Shown: piece after piece, positions 62,872 to 64,000 of the stretch
Position numbering within the stretch: position 1 is the stretch's first letter
How the letters are laid out: each line of letters starts with the position of its first letter
Origin: Spirochaetia bacterium
Lineage (GTDB): Bacteria > Spirochaetota > Spirochaetia > SZUA-6 > Bin103
Assembly: GCA_965198005.1 (NCBI GenBank)
Contig: CBDAOI010000004.1
Location: 640,001 to 704,000 of the forward strand
Direction: 5' to 3'
Length of the DNA stretch: 64,000 nucleotides
Notes under the pieces: model-generated
What the model was told of the DNA's origin: nothing
The model's database searches: none
The model's input: the letters and a program-made list of their open reading frames with translations, nothing else
Translations under genes and position numbers: made by a program

Positions 62872-63831
62872 ATGAGAGCCTATATCATCAGGCGGTTATT
62901 GCTCATAATCCCCACCTTGTTTATCTTGAGCATCCTGGTCTTCCTCTCGGTCCGCTTCATCCCCGGCGATGTAGTAGACACAATGGTGGCTGAAATGATA
63001 TACGACGTGGGCGGCCACATAGACCGTGAAGCTCTTCTCCATAAGATGGGATTAGACGTGCCGGTTCACGTGCAGTATGGACGCTGGCTAGGCGGTATTT
63101 TCCTGCACGGCACCCTTGGCAATTCACTGCTTGGCAATTATTCGGTAGAGGAGAGGATAATAGGTAGATTGCCGGTGACCATTGCGCTTGGCGGCCTGGC
63201 AATCATCATCGGGCTGGCGATAGCCCTGCCAGTCGGCATATACTCGGCGATTCGCCAGGATTCGGCCGCCGACTACCTGGGGCGTTCGGTCGCCATCATC
63301 GGCATGGCAACGCCTAACTTCTGGCTGGCAATCATGGTCTTGCTCTACCCAGCAATCTGGTGGGGCTGGTCGCCACCGCTGGAGCTGGTTCCTTTCACCG
63401 AAGACCCGCTGGGGAATCTCGGGGTGTTCATCATTCCCAGCCTGATTCTGGGGACGGCCGCTGCTGCAAGCACAATGAGGATGACGCGCACCATGATGCT
63501 GGAGGTGCTCCGGCAGGACTATATCAGAACCGGCTGGGCCAAGGGTCTCAACGAGAGGGTAGTTGTTATGAGACACGCCATCAAGAATGCTCTCATCCCG
63601 GTGGTTACGTTGATAGGCCTGCAGTTGCCTATCCTGGTAGGTGGCTCCGTTATCATGGAGAACATATTTAACCTGCCGGGGCTGGGTCGTCTCTTTGTGA
63701 TAGCACTCGAAGACAGAGACTACCCTGTGGTCTCCGGAATCAACCTGTTTGTTGCCACCGCGGTGGTGCTGTTCAATCTCCTCATCGACCTGGTCTATGC
63801 GTATTTGGACCCGAGGGTTAGGTATGAATAA
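62872..63831 (+). CDS. ABC permease (OppB/DppB-like)
   Basis: MRAYIIRRLL, QDYIRTGWAKGL, LDPRV. Confidence 0.95.
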   Translation: MRAYIIRRLLLIIPTLFILSILVFLSVRFIPGDVVDTMVAEMIYDVGGHIDREALLHKMGLDVPVHVQYGRWLGGIFLHGTLGNSLLGNYSVEERIIGRLPVTIALGGLAIIIGLAIALPVGIYSAIRQDSAADYLGRSVAIIGMATPNFWLAIMVLLYPAIWWGWSPPLELVPFTEDPLGNLGVFIIPSLILGTAAAASTMRMTRTMMLEVLRQDYIRTGWAKGLNERVVVMRHAIKNALIPVVTLIGLQLPILVGGSVIMENIFNLPGLGRLFVIALEDRDYPVVSGINLFVATAVVLFNLLIDLVYAYLDPRVRYE

Positions 63832-64000
63832 TGCGCGGGGCAGGTTTGCGGATTTCTTCATCAGGCTTCTCAAGGAGAAGCCGCTGGGTATTGCCGGTGG
63901 GATTATCATAGTGCTCTTGATTCTGGTGTCGATCTTCGCCGATGTTCTGGCTCCTTATCGCTATACGGAAATGCACCTGGTAGACAGGCTGCAGGGCGCG
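63824..64000 (+). CDS. ABC permease (OppC/DppC-like), partial at the window end
   Basis: MNNARGRFADFFIRLLKEKPLGIAGGII...IFADVLAPY. Confidence 0.9.
   Translation, partial: MNNARGRFADFFIRLLKEKPLGIAGGIIIVLLILVSIFADVLAPYRYTEMHLVDRLQGA

Overview
High-GC bacterial window; the signal-peptide style and gene mix suggest a host-associated Spirochaetaceae-like organism, which is an inference only. (1) 1-11.3 kb is a decayed defence island: type I R-M remnants (hsdM, hsdS, hsdR) interrupted by a chimeric ardC and an HNH remnant, fused scraps of PIN, AAA and ilvD genes, an intact desaturase-family gene and a TA pair. (2) Four paralogous family-5 ABC cassettes (substrate-binding protein, SBP, plus OppB/OppC-like permeases, no ATPase genes) lie at 12-15.9, 46.8-51.2, 53.2-56.0 and 60.9-64 kb. 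They have long, modular, mutually related 5' leaders (promoters, poly-C tracts, a conserved 11-aa uORF with hairpin) and a shared 3' stem-loop. (3) 17.6-24.2 kb is an unusual NHEJ locus: ku, a stand-alone ATP-dependent ligase and a translationally coupled BRCT-MerR-HTH-TPR gene, converging on a LigD whose ligase domain lacks the catalytic lysine and the OB domain. (4) 24-41.5 kb is mostly housekeeping (PLP dehydratase, FAD/Fe-S oxidoreductase, NlpC/P60, acnA, trmL, cysK, GOLPH3-like, AAA-VWA pair). (5) Mobile DNA: IS4 and IS110 fragments, a complete endonuclease-less group II intron sitting in one copy of a degenerate repeat, and a complete IS66-family element (IRs plus 8-bp TSD) carrying a DUF4338/DruA-like passenger. 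No CRISPR array, tRNA or rRNA was seen. All family assignments are by motif recognition, not database search.
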